A DNA stretch of 64,000 nucleotides, taken from contig OZ024745.1 in assembly GCA_964016885.1 (NCBI GenBank), forward strand, positions 111,042,001-111,106,000. Reading direction: 5' to 3'. Within the stretch, counting starts at the first letter, position 1; every line of letters starts with the position of its first letter. Below are positions 1 to 13,181 of this stretch, in pieces. The DNA is from Eledone cirrhosa (lineage: Eukaryota). A model generated the notes under the pieces. That model did not search any database. It was not told the origin of the DNA and saw only the letters and a program-made list of their open reading frames with translations. A program made the translations under genes and the position numbers.

Positions 1-190
1 CTGACAAAAATCATCCTCCAAGGAACAGTTTAGAGAGGAAAGAAGACAAGGACATCTGAAGCAGAAATGAGCAGATAATGTCAAGGGTTCGACCAATCAG
101 GACTTCACAGCAACCCAAGTCTTTGGTTGCAGCAGTAATTGATGGAAGGGTGGATATGGTTCACTTCTCCACTCTGCAGCATCCCTATGG
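1..190 (+). pseudogene. Decayed 3' end of an RTE/BovB-like LINE ORF
   Basis: Translates across a stop and a frameshift as LTKIILQGTV*...RQGHLKQK*ADNVK, resembling the RTE C-terminal motif K.ILQG.VEG.R.RGR..K.W.DN. Confidence 0.5.
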
Positions 191-475
191 TAAAGGGAAA
201 AAATGAAGTAATAATACAAGTATATTTTAATTACTTTACAATCATATGGCCACAGGTTTCATCACATAGTGTGGAATCTTGAGTAACTGTTCTTTTTATC
301 ACATTTGAATCTAATCTTTTCTGTAGCATCTCATTCCAAATGTCAGTATGTTCATCGTAATTCTGCTATATATATACTTGGTATAGTTTGTGTTAGATCA
401 ACCAACACTAGTGTTCACAGGATAGAGTACTCACCGAAGTATATATGGAAGTCTGTGTACTCCAGAGTATTAGTA

Positions 476-759
476 TAACAATGAATTAGAAGTCAGTAGG
501 TTAGAATTTACCTCATTTATTTGTTACACAACTGCTGTTATCTGTATTTTGATATTATGCAACAGTTACTACCTCATCAGACAGCTATTACCTGAACAAA
601 AATAAAGATAAAAATTACTCATACTGTTTCCATTCAGTGATATGCCACAGACGGGTTATTGATATTGTTCCCTCAAAGCCCTGCTGCTCAGCAGGGCTTT
701 GAGGGGTTGTGTAACAAATAAATGATGTAAATTCTAACCTACTGACTTCTACTTCTTTG

Positions 760-765
<6 letters not shown>
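476..765. repeat. Fold-back insert: ~57-bp inverted arms, internal 16-bp hairpin, degenerate hammerhead
   Basis: 476-532 is the near reverse complement of 706-762. cctcaaagccctgctg/cagcagggctttgagg forms a hairpin at 671-704. Ends at (TA)n. Confidence 0.75.
534..585 (-). ncRNA. Degenerate type I hammerhead ribozyme
   Basis: Minus strand: gctgt CTGATGA ggtagta..taatatc AAAA tacaga TA acagc. Stem I is 5 bp. GAAA appears as AAAA, consistent with CpG decay. Confidence 0.45.
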
Positions 766-795
<30 letters not shown>

Positions 796-797
<2 letters not shown>

Positions 798-1078
798 CTT
801 TGTGGCCTTTAGCTATGTCCCTTTACATTCTGAATTTCAATCTCACAGACATCATTTTTTGCCTTTTATCATCTGGGTTCAATAAAATAAATATCAAAGT
901 ATCAGTCAATTACAGAAGTCAATACAATTGACTAAAACTTCTAAGTTGTGTGGCGTTATACTTCTATTAGATATCAATTATTTGAAAGAGGAGAATTAAA
1001 TGGAGTACATATTTACAAAAATATATGATTTAACTCCAAAAGTCTCTTAAATACACTGTATATTTCAATGAAGAAATG

Positions 1079-1079
<1 letters not shown>
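796..1079. repeat. Inverted local duplicate of 1730-2017, bounded by (TA)n on both sides
   Basis: Reverse-complement match with a few substitutions and one 4-bp indel. Covers both SINE-derived and non-SINE DNA. Confidence 0.9.
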
Positions 1080-1141
<62 letters not shown>

Positions 1142-1375
1142 TATGTTAAGGTATCAGTACATATTTAATATGTATGGTGATCGTGTTTCTCAATAAATAA
1201 GCTCAATGGACCTTAGTTCAGAGCATCAAAAGTCATGACATTTTACCATCTTAAAGTATGTATTTTTTCTGAATATGTTATTTTCTCTTTCTCTCTATAT
1301 ATATGTACAAAACACTATGTATTTTTCAAACGATATATGCTTCTTTCTCTCTACATATATCTTATAAATTTAAAT

Positions 1376-1407
<32 letters not shown>

Positions 1408-1408
1408 C

Positions 1409-1512
<104 letters not shown>

Positions 1513-1593
1513 GGTAAACAAAAATAACAACACAATTGGTACAGTATATGGAAGGGGTATATCAGGTTAACGCTTGATAGAGCAGGAAGAGGG

Positions 1594-1629
1594 TCTTAAC
1601 GTTTCGGATGCTAGTCTTTCATCAGAAGA
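1594..1629 (-). ncRNA. Minimal type I hammerhead-like motif (Penelope type)
   Basis: Minus strand: tctt CTGATGA aagactagcatcc GAAA cg TT aaga. Palindromic AACGTT at stem III, 4-bp stem I, weak stem II. Confidence 0.55.
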
Positions 1630-1869
1630 AAGAAGGAGAAATAAGATAGATTGAGGGGATGGGCAGGTTGGAATTGGAAAAAATGTGTTTAGATAAAAAT
1701 AACAGGTTCATTCATATATATATATATACACATTTCTTCATTGAAATATACAGTGTATTTAAGAGACTTTTGGAGGTAAATCATATATTTCTGTAAATAT
1801 GTACTCCATTTAATTCTCCTCTTTCAAATAATTGATATCTAATAGAAGTATAACACCACACAACTTAGT

Positions 1870-2055
1870 TAGAAGTTTTAGTCAATTGTATTGACTTCTG
1901 TAATTGACTGATACTTTGATATTTATTTTATTGAACCCAGATGATAAAAGGCAAAAATTGATGTCTGTGGGATTGAAATTCAGAATGTAAAGGGACATAG
2001 CTAAAGGCCACAAAGCTTTTTTAACTGACACTCAACTTATTCTGCCAATCCTTCT
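1870..2055 (-). mobile_element. Old Nin/Deu-domain tRNA SINE
   Basis: Diverged match to the window's ttgcctttcatcc..ggggtcgataaaataaagtaccag family. Confidence 0.6.
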
Positions 2056-2619
2056 CTCTCTCAAGTAACCAAAATTAGCCATAAAAGCCATTACAACCTA
2101 TTGACATATTTTAAGTAAGCATAAATGCATATATTGACTGAATAATAATGATTTGCAGACTTTCCCCTAGATATCTCCCTAAATTACTTCACCTATACAA
2201 TAGACTTCCTTTACTGCACCACCACCACCATCCACCAACCTCTTTCCTGATTGTTTGACTTTATATAATTTTTACCAGCTGACGTTTTGGGTATTGCCCA
2301 AGTTGCAAATTAAAGATGTATATTTGATGGATTGGGGGAACATTTTTTTCAATCCTCATTACTGGCATATGGTAAATGTTAGCCAAATTTTAGCAACCAC
2401 GCCTCCTGTTATTGGAATCCATTCAATATATATTCGATTATTTCTTTTAGTTTAGACACTACTGCTTAAAAACACATAAAGTCACTGCAATGAATAACAC
2501 CAGTTTATTACAATGAAAAGGATGCAAAATACATATAGGAAAGCTTCAAAGTTTTTTAAGCAGTATAATTAATATCTTGTCCTCATATATAACCATTTTA
2601 TCTGTAGGTTATGTAATGG

Positions 2620-2845
2620 CATAGTCTTTAGAGCATTGGATTAAATGATTTCAGTATTTGTTATGGCTTGGGTGTAATCTGAGTTCAAATCTTACCATCA
2701 TCAATTTTGCCTTTTATCCATTTTAGGGTTGATGAATAAAGTACCAGTCCAGGGGTAATAAATTGGAGGAATTGTTAAAATGTCAGACAAGATGATTCAT
2801 GGTATCTGTCTTGGCCCTGTGTTTTCTGAGTTCAAATTCTGCGGC
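2620..2845 (+). mobile_element. Two degraded Nin/Deu-type SINE pieces
   Basis: Contains the ctgagttcaaatc B-box and ttttgccttttatcc..gttgatgaataaagtaccag. Confidence 0.5.
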
Positions 2846-4196
2846 CTTTTTTTTTTTTTTTTTACATTTTTTTTTAAAGTTGTTAGAAAGAATGTTTTTC
2901 TTCACAAAGACAGAGACACTTGTTTCCTGAAGGAACCCTGTGCAGTGCACTCTACATGTCAGTGAAACTCCACTGAAATGATGGAGAAGTTCAAGTATCT
3001 CAAATTTCTGATTATTTTCAAAATTAATTGATTTTCATTAGAAATATGGTAATGAAAGGATTAATGTTCCTATTATTAAGATGGCATCAAAGTGCAACTG
3101 ACTGGCAAGATGGACACCAAAAACATTTAGAAAAGTAGAACAAGAAATCATGTTTGTCCCGGGAAAGACATTTATTCTCAACTGTATTTTTACTGTCAGC
3201 TAAGGTTCTGCTTATAATGTCCAACTAACTAGTAGACTGAAAACAATCCAACAACTTCACATAAAAAATGTTGCCCTTATGCAGCTAAATTATTAGGATA
3301 TACTGAAAATTAAAAACTATGTTCTGCTGAAGGAAGAAATATTTTATCTCTGATCTTGAAAGGACTGACACCAAACCTTGGTGTTGGCAACTATAGAGAT
3401 CTCCAAAATGATCATCATAGAATATGCATGCATTGCATAGTCCTATAAGTCCTGGGGGGAATCATAGGAGTCCCTTATTGACATACAGCATTTCTAGGGC
3501 AATAATAACATTTTAAAAATCAATTCATAGGAGAGTTGAGTTCTGAGGTTTCAAGCAGAGATCTTTTTTGAAAATACGAGTAGTAGTTTGTTAGGGTTGT
3601 CACTATTGTGTTTTATAAATTTCCTTAACTGTTGCTTTGCCAATATACAGTAGAACATTAGTATCCTTGGATTCTATATTTTTTCTAAGCTTTAAATAGA
3701 TTAGCTGTTATCTAATAAAACAGATCTTCAGCAGTGGTATGAAGAAATCCAAACCTATTCACACAGTTTTTATGGTGATATTTAATGGATAAGAGAATTT
3801 ATGTAACAAAAAATAATATCTACAAGGAACATATTACATAGAGAAACACATTTTTAGTTATCTTTCAAATAAAATTATCAATAAAATAACTGTAATAAAG
3901 CATTGTGGGAATAGATGTTGTTATGTTTAAAATCTGGTATTAAATAAACATAATATATAAATAATGTTGGATGTTATAAGTTCAAATGACTTAACTATAA
4001 GATCCAGCTTGAGATTACTTCTATGCACAAATATGTCAACTAGAGCTTTACTTTCTTCAATTATTTTGGTCTCAGTGTCTTTATCATTCTGTCAGAAAGG
4101 AAAACCAAATTGAATGGACTAATATAAACAACAGCAAATGAGAGGATGATTGGTTTTCTTGCCTATAGGCATTAAACTTATTGGTTCTGAATGGTG

Positions 4197-4608
<412 letters not shown>

Positions 4609-5130
4609 AATTTTCTTTTCATAGGCCATCTTAGTTTGTTGCAACCATGTAAGTGTTTAAAACAGAAAACAAAAAATAATAACAATGAAAATAAATAAAT
4701 ATAGGTTAAATGTTACTTTCCTTATTTATTTGAATGGATTTAAGGAGAATCTATGAGATAATTTATCACTTTTTACAATATTACCCAGAATGTTTATATT
4801 GCTGGTTGAAGTGAAAGAACTTGCATGAACAATTCATACAATAAATGAATAAATAAAATGAAACATAAAAAAGAACAAAAAAAATGTTTGTTTTGGAAAA
4901 GTTTAATTTCCTTTTTAGATCAATCAGTAATGGCAATAAATGACCAGAAAGACCCAGCTGTACTAAAAACTAATCAGAGAGTTCCACAGCCAAACCTAGA
5001 GTCATCATTAAGGTGGAGAAGATATATTATATTCTTTCCAAATATTCATTGTACTGACATCAGCTTATTAGATAAGTTGTTTTTGAAACAATTGCTTTCT
5101 CTCTGCCTGTCTGTTCTGTCCCCCCCCCCC

Positions 5131-5215
<85 letters not shown>

Positions 5216-5217
<2 letters not shown>

Positions 5218-5550
5218 AGGCACATGGCTTAGTAGTTAGAGCATTGGCCTTGCAATCGAAAGGTTGTGGGTTCAATTCTCAGACCAGGTGATGTGTTGTT
5301 TCCTTGAGCAAGACACTTTATTTCACATTGCTCCAGTTTACTCAGCTGTAGAAATGAGATGATAGGGACTGGGGTCCCTATCATTCCACTGCAAAGTGGT
5401 CGTGGAGGTGCCACGGCAAAAAAGCACCCAGCACTCACTGTAAATGAGGTTGGTGTTAGGAAGGGCATCCAGCTGTAGAAATCAAGCCAGAATCAGTTCC
5501 CGTCCCACCCTTGCAAGCAGAGAAAAGCGGACGTAAAATGAAATGATGAT
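5216..5550 (+). mobile_element. Full-length tRNA-derived CORE-type SINE with RTE-derived tail
   Basis: A-box tggcttagtagtt, B-box ggttcaattct, CORE-like ccttgagcaagacacttta..ctgtagaaatg. Tail shared with RTE 3' ends and ending (gat)n. Flanked by (TA)n. Confidence 0.85.
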
Positions 5551-5617
5551 ATATATATAAATATATATACACATGTATATATCACAGACAGAAAATAACA
5601 AAGCTAGAAGAGAAAAT

Positions 5618-5785
5618 AATTGTTTCTACTTTTGACACAAGGCCAGCAATTATCCCAGTGTATTACTGGTACTTTATTTTATCAACCCCATAACGATGAA
5701 AGGCAAAGTTAACCTCAGCGGGATTTGAACTCTGATCGTAAAGGGATGTAACTATGCTGGAAAGCATGTCTGATCTTCTACCGAA
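5618..5785 (-). mobile_element. Nin/Deu-domain tRNA SINE
   Basis: Matches the multi-copy family (aattgtttctact..ggcacaaggccagc..ctggtactttattttatc..ggatttgaactc). Confidence 0.8.
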
Positions 5786-5859
5786 TGAAAGATATTTAGT
5801 TGAATGAATGTGTATGTATGTATGTATACTTTTGTATATGTGAGAATGTGTATATATAT

Positions 5860-5926
<67 letters not shown>

Positions 5927-6021
5927 TATTATATTATATTATATAACTATATGTATTATATATTATATAAACATATATATATATATTATATATCATCATT
6001 TTACGTTCGCTTTTCCCTGCT

Positions 6022-6065
<44 letters not shown>

Positions 6066-6068
<3 letters not shown>

Positions 6069-6200
6069 GTTTCAACTATTGGCACAAGGCCAGCAATTAC
6101 CTAGTACATTACTGGTACTTTATTTTATCGACCCCGTAAGGGTGAAAGGCAAAGTTAACCTCGGCGGGATTTGAACTCAGAATGGCAAGGGCCGTAACTC
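6066..6200 (-). mobile_element. Nin/Deu-domain SINE, 5'-truncated
   Basis: Same family as 5618-5785. Confidence 0.8.
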
Positions 6201-7066
6201 TAATAATATATATTCTCTCTATCTGCATCTATTAAATGTATCACTTAAACAGAAAACCAATTTATTGAATCCACTTGTGAAAAGATATGTTAAACTTGCA
6301 TTAAATTTCTTGCTTGACCAAATCTTTCCTTAACAGACTTCCAATAACTTCACTTCTGGTGACAAATTGTCAAAAGATTTTTTTAAAATAGATTAACACT
6401 TTTGTTATCCAACTTCCAGAAAGTGTCTCTGGTTCTAAAATACAAAACTTTTTAACTTAGAGTGTTTATATTTATATTTATCTAAAAAAAATCTTTCATC
6501 TTAATTTTATGTAAGAACTTTCATTAAATTAATTTTCAAACACCAGCTTAATAATAACAAAGATGGTTAGATAGATAATTCCCTCCAAATACTTCACTAT
6601 TTTCAAAATTATTTGAAAACTACAGGCAGTGTGTTGAAATAGAAATATAATTAAAGGGTTAAAAGTGAAAGATCAGTCATGATAGAAACTATAATAAAAT
6701 TACAATTTTGAAACCTATGTTCTATTTTCACTGAAATGTTTTTAAAATGGTTTTATAGAATAACTGAGAAAAGATACCCAGATAATCCAACTGTATAAAA
6801 ACTTAACAGTAATTTGAGTGAAGGCACATGGCCTAGCGGTTAGAGTGTTGGACTTAGGAATATAATGTCATGGTTTTGTGTCAGAGTAACAGTAGCTAGG
6901 GGTAAACCTGTGATGGAGTTAATAAGAACTAACATTAATTAAATAAAATTACACTCTTATTAGGTGCAGGCATAGCTCTGTGGTTAAGAAGTTCATGTCA
7001 GAGCCACATGGTTTCTGGTTCAGTCCCACTTTATAAACTCAGGAAAACTAATGCTTTAGGTCCAAC

Positions 7067-7143
<77 letters not shown>

Positions 7144-7360
7144 AAGGCGTGTGGTTGAGTGGTTAGAGAATTGGATTTGCAATTGTAAGGTTGTGAGTTC
7201 GATTCCTGGACCAGGCGATGCGTTATGTCCGTGAGTAAGACACTTTATTTCACGTTGCTCCTTCTACCTGGAGTTGCGACCGATAGATAGTATTAGCAAT
7301 TGGAAAGACCAACGGAAACATTGTTCCCTCGGTCCGATTTGACGAAAGTCGATCGTCTCC

Positions 7361-7370
<10 letters not shown>
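7144..7370 (+). mobile_element. CORE-type SINE with alternative A-tailed 3' end
   Basis: tRNA head plus CORE segment. Tail ggaaacattgttccctcggt is also seen near 40425. Ends in an A run. Confidence 0.65.
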
Positions 7371-7407
<37 letters not shown>

Positions 7408-7890
7408 TCTAACCCATGCTAGCGTGGAAAATGGACGTTAAATGATGATGAAGATGATGATATATATTTCAGTACTTCTGCTCTGTACATAAGAGTTATG
7501 TACTAATTATATATTGCATTAAGTATATTTACATTCAAAGAAAATTTTGAGATTTGCTGCAAAATTTAGGGCTAAACTTAAGTTAAGAGAAAAATTGGTA
7601 CAGACAGGAAGAAAATCTGAGTGTTAAGTAACAAAAGAAAGCTTCTGTTTATTAATCTATACAGCATCTCTCTCTTTATATATTATAAGGATTTCCAGGC
7701 CTTACTACTGGGCTCTTACCATTTCAATAACATATTCAAAATGGTAAGAGCTCAGTTGTAGAGCAGAAAATTATTATAATACCTACACTCTACATTCTTA
7801 AGTACCTAGTATTAAGCTGAACAATTGTCTCACCTTTGCAAGCAGGGAAAAGCGGACGTAAAATGATGATGATGATGATGATAATAATGA

Positions 7891-7951
<61 letters not shown>

Positions 7952-7956
<5 letters not shown>

Positions 7957-8578
7957 AAATGGGGAGAAGAATACTGCAGGTTGCACATGGATAACATGTA
8001 ATAAAATAAGTCCCTCATCAGTGATTTGCCGACGATCATAGATATTTCATTGCATTAAAAATCATATACCTCACGTCGGTGCAATAATAACTAAATTAAG
8101 TTATTAGGACAATTAAAACGCGTAAAGCGAGTGAGACAAGATAACAACAAAGAGGAGAGCTAACCGTAGAAGGAAGGGAACAAGCTTCATAGTTATTCTG
8201 TTAGCATAAGCTAGGTGAATATATGAGCGCTTAGAAAAAAGACCTTTCGGGAACGAATTCAAATGTGAGAAAGAGAGAAAATGTTTTCGTCGCGAACGGG
8301 GTGAAGTGAGAAGAGGAGAAACAGTGAGTAAGTGGAAGTGTGAGGAAGAGTTAACTGACATGACAGAGGGGGCGAAAGAAAGTAGGAGAAACAGAGAGAA
8401 CGAGGGAGCAGTAAGAGAGAGAGAGAGAAAAAAACAGAATCGCAGTTTAGGTAAATATATGTGAAAAAATGGGGAGAAGAATACTGCAGGTTGCACATGG
8501 ATAACATGTAATAAAATAAGTCCCTCATCAGTGATTTGCCGACGATCACAGATATTTCATTGCATTAAAAATCATATA
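7952..8578. mobile_element. Non-coding element with 117-bp direct repeats (7952-8068, 8462-8578); pLTR/retrozyme-like
   Basis: Near-identical direct repeats 510 bp apart around a purine-rich core. Repeats carry GAAA and CTGATGA boxes on the minus strand. TA-bounded. Confidence 0.55.
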
Positions 8579-8607
8579 TATATTTTAAAGAGTTAAACAT
8601 ATTTGAA

Positions 8608-8655
<48 letters not shown>

Positions 8656-8770
8656 TTCAAATATGTTTAACTCTTTAAAATATATATATATGATTTTTAA
8701 TGCAATGAAATATCTGTGATCGTCGGCAAATCACTGATGAGGGACTTATTTTATTACATGTTATCCATGT
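8495..8770. repeat. 276-bp palindrome centred on (TA)n
   Basis: acatggataac...gttatccatgt arms are reverse complements around the TA tract at ~8612-8651. Confidence 0.92.
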
Positions 8771-9945
8771 AATAAATTTTAGGTTTAATCAATTCATATA
8801 AAATATATATCAATTATGTTTCTCTATAAAAAAGGTCCATAAACATTAGTATCAATTATACAAGTTTAAATGATATATAACAGAATATATATCAATCGAG
8901 TATTTTGTATATATATACAGAACAATTAATATGTTAGATGCTTATTACCAAAATCGATAAATTGTGATTGATACTAATTAGTAGGATTGATGGTTTGCTT
9001 TTTCTTTTGGCTTCCAGTTAAGTTACCATTTTGAAGTATATTTACTTACAATCAGTTCCCGTCCCACCCTTGCAAGCAGGGAAAAGGCAGACGTAAAATG
9101 ATGATGATGATGATGATATTAATTGTTCTGTATATATGTACAACATTTTAGTAGTTTCTTAATTGATATATATTCTGTTCTATATCATTTAAACTTGTAT
9201 ATATATATATATAAACATACATACAAGAGGAGTCTTGTACTCTCAATTGCTTAACAGCCCATGGAATCAGGATAAGCTCTGCCCTTCGTCCTACTTACAC
9301 AAACAGGGAATAATGCATGTAAAAATGATGACTCATTCTCACCCATATATATGTATGTGTGTGCATATGGTATCTCTTTTTTTAAATATATGCGCTAAAA
9401 AATATAATATTGCTCATTACACTCTTGTGTAGAGTCTAATATAATGTTTATCATAGGTAAGATAAACAAGATGACATAACCAGATCTAAAATTTTAAACA
9501 CTCAGTCTTTTGTCAATTGAACTTATCAAAAAACTATCCCAGTGATACACACACACATACACTCATATTCATATATATATATATATATATATATATACAT
9601 TATATATCCTTCAAATTCACCAATTAATTATATTTCCAAATATGAAAACTTTTACACAAACAAGATGATAACACATTTAAAGACTAAAAGTGTAATGGGC
9701 ATTATCAATTACAGCTTTGTTCAGTTATGTATGCTATATATGTTATGACTATCAAATAAGCCTGGTTTATATGCAGTGGTGAGCTGCCTAAATTCCAACC
9801 ATTGGATTGCTCTGCTACTGAGGTTTTAAGAAATAGTTTACTGAGCTACAAAACTGTTAACTGTGAGTTCTATATGAAATATTCTGAATTCAGCAACAAA
9901 TTATAATTTTATTAAAATATCTTTCCATTAATATAACATTATTAA

Positions 9946-10369
9946 CCCTTTAGTGTTCAAACCAGCCAAAACCGGCCAGAATTCTCTACCTCTTTCTGTT
10001 GAAACTGGCTGTAACTGGTCGCTTAAGTACCTAGTAAATGGTCGCTCAAACTGCTGTTAAGGTATTGTTTTCAAAATAAATACTTTCAAAATCTCATAGA
10101 TTCGATATTATGTGAGATAATTAAAGCCTTTACCATTAAAATATAATAGTATATATAAAATAATTGTTTCTACATTTGGCACAAGGCCAGCAAATTACCC
10201 AGTGCATTACTGGTACTTTATTTTATCAACCCCGTAAGGATGAAAGGCAAAGTTAACCTCGACGGGATTTGAACTCAGACTGTAAAGGGACGTAACTATG
10301 CTGGAAAGCTTGGTGTCCGACCCTCTACCGATATTGCCAATCCAATAAAATAATGTGAATGCTAAAGGG
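9946..10369 (+). mobile_element. piggyBac-type MITE interrupted by a SINE
   Basis: TTAA|ccctttag...ctaaaggg|TTAA. Related copies at 10374, 28107 and 49530. Confidence 0.75.
10162..10344 (-). mobile_element. Nin/Deu-domain SINE nested in the MITE
   Basis: Family match; ataaaataat on both sides looks like a target-site duplication. Confidence 0.8.
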
Positions 10370-10373
10370 TTAA

Positions 10374-10576
10374 ACCTTTAGCATTTACATTACTCTATAC
10401 ATATTAGTCTTTATTTCACATAATTATCTCACATAATATCATATCTATGAGATTTTGATATCATTTATTTTGAGAACAATACTTTAACATCTGTATGAGC
10501 AGCCAGATATGGCCAGTTTTAACTGAAAGGGGTGAGAGAATTCTGGCCGGATACAGCCAGTTTAAATACTAAAGGG
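10374..10576 (-). mobile_element. piggyBac-type MITE, inverted, sharing a TTAA with the previous copy
   Basis: TTAA at 10370-73 and 10577-80. Termini acctttagc / tactaaaggg. Confidence 0.75.
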
Positions 10577-13116
10577 TTAAAACAAAGGGATTGACAGAAT
10601 TGTTAGAATGTTCAAAATCCTATAGGGTGGTGAACTCTGTTTGATTGACGCATCTTTAAAACACTATTTGAAGAAGAAAAAGCTATCCTAGTCAACTCAA
10701 TAACCCGTTAAAGATAAGAGGACATTTACCTAATTTTATTTAGGTGTACATGTGGTAACCTAATTTCTAACTTGCTACTGAAGACCTGAGATTACTCTCC
10801 AGCATTTTTCTGAAAACTTTTTTGTCAATTTTATTGTTTGTTATGGCTACAGCAGCTCTGATTCTGATTTTCTCTTCATACATTATATCTTTGTTTCTCC
10901 ATGATTTTTTAAATAGATAAATAAAAACTATTTTACCAACATTAAATGTGTTTGGAAGAGAAAATCTGTATATTTACCGGAATTGGAGTAGATTTTGGCA
11001 GCTAGTAAGATAAAAAAAAATCACTGCAGCTGACAACAAAATGCTGCAAAGAAAATTGGCTTGAATATATCAAAATGCAAAGATGACTGTATTTACAATT
11101 GATGTATACAATTTGTAAACTTATCAGTGAATCCTTAAAGAAAAAAGTAAAGAATGAAATGGGGGAAAATAACAATCTTTTTACTTTGATGCATGAAAAA
11201 ATTTTACTTCTGAATAGAAAAATAGAAAAGCTTCCCTTCTAGTTTTTCAATATCAATACAAGAAAACAAAAACCCCTAAAAAACTGTAAGGCAAGCAATA
11301 GTCAAACAATGTACAAAGTTTTCGCTTGTTTGCTGGTTGCTTTATGTGTAAAAACGAAGAATGCTTAGTTGAACCAATTAAAGAGTTCATTATTCTCAGA
11401 TCTTACACAGAATTGGGAATGAGAAGAAAGCTTTTTCACTCTAGGTGTATGGTAAAAACTTAACTTTGATCTATCCCTGATTCTTTCATATTGTTTTTAT
11501 TGAGCTAAAGAGAGAAAAAGTACATTTTCTGAAAAACGTTTCTATCTTTTTTTACTCACATTCAATATAAAGAAGCTTAGAATCATTACAATAGTGTTTT
11601 AGGGATAAATATTATAGTTTAGCTGTGTTTTAGTTTTTTAAACCATGTATGAGAGTATTAGTATGATAATTAATAGACACTGTATCATATCTTGATCTAT
11701 TAAAACTGTTTTTGTTTTAAAGAACACTAAATTATGTTAGTGGGTGTTCAACCTAAGTATACTGAAAAATATATTACTTTTGCTAAAAATAGAATGCTAA
11801 TGTAAATTTTACAACATTTATAAGTTATATGTTGATTATATTTTAATATATATCTGTATCCATTGTGAATTTCTTCTAATCAATCACTTAAGTGAGGACA
11901 TTTCTCCACCACACCTGTCATACACTCATGATATTATATTTGTCATCCTCTCACTTACTCACTGTCCCTACCCATGTCATACTTACTATTTCCTCCATTC
12001 TTCATTGGGTAAGGAGGGCTTTTCAGTCAAGTAAATAAACAGCAATCTCTCTAGTGTTGGTACCATGATAAAACACACACATTACACTCTGTAAAGTGAT
12101 TGGAAAGAGTTCCAATGTTTGGAAAGGGCTTCTAGCCATAGAAACTATGCCAAAAGGAGTTGAGAGGACCCTGCAGTCACAACACAGCAACCTCTCTAGT
12201 GCTGGTGTCACCAATAGATACACTCAATACACACTATAAGGTGTAGAAACCATGCCACAAAATTGTTGAGAGATCTCTTCAATTGTATCAAGGGCACAAC
12301 AAGCTCACTGGTATTGGTAATCTACATGCTAAACACATAACGTTTAATATATGATATATCTCTGTAGAATAGTTGGAGTTTCTATTGCTCAAATTAATTT
12401 TCTAAATGGTCACTCAAATGAGAACGAATTTAGCAGCAATGTTTGCTTTTTGGTTTGTTAGATCGATGGTTGATGTAATTGTTAGTCATTGATACGTGAT
12501 TGAAGTGATTGATAATGATGATTTGAGATTGATGTTGGGGAACTAGTGTTTTCCTCAAATCATTGATATAGGCCAACACAAAACAAAACTGTTAATTTTA
12601 TATATTTATTTCTTGCCATATAATTCCATAAAATCATATGACAAATAATAATTCAAGATATACAAAAATTCGAAATATAAGACATGTTTTCATTAGGACA
12701 TTGGTAAAATATAGAGTTCACATAGGAGAGCATTTTCTTGGGAGGTACACGTGATGGGATTTGTAAGCAAAATATATTATAGAGAGACAAAGTGAATATG
12801 TGAATAGAGAACTGAGCTGGAGAAAAGATATTGCTTTGATGTCTGGTAGATTTACTAACCTGGTGGCATGGCTCGGCTGGAGCAGTACAAACCATTATGG
12901 CTCATTGCTACATCCAACATCTGTTGTTGAGTTTGTGAGAGAGGAGCCAAGAAAGTTTGCCTTATCTAACCCCTAGATGTCATCATAGTTATTTTTGTCA
13001 GAATTAACAAATATGTCACATGATACACACATACACTGACACTGCATTTAACCCAAAGATAATTTGTTATGGTTTACAGAAACATTTTTTATTGTAAAGA
13101 TATTGTAATTAGCTAT

Positions 13117-13181
13117 AAAAAAGGAATTGAAAATATTTTTAATGTTTAAAAAACATTAAAAATATTTTCAATTCCTTTTTT
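13117..13181. repeat. Perfect 31-bp-arm AT-rich hairpin
   Basis: aaaaaaggaattgaaaatatttttaatgttt aaa aaacattaaaaatattttcaattcctttttt. Confidence 0.85.

Noticed and set aside
5216-5290. tRNA gene
   Set aside because: tRNA-derived SINE head that continues into CORE and a LINE tail.
6394-6662. Second piggyBac-like MITE
   Set aside because: TTAA ends are present but the TIR match is poor and no full second copy is in the window.
12861-12965. Possible minus-strand exon (IRQTFLAPLSQTQQQMLDVAMSHNG..|gttagt)
   Set aside because: Weak acceptor and no recognisable protein.
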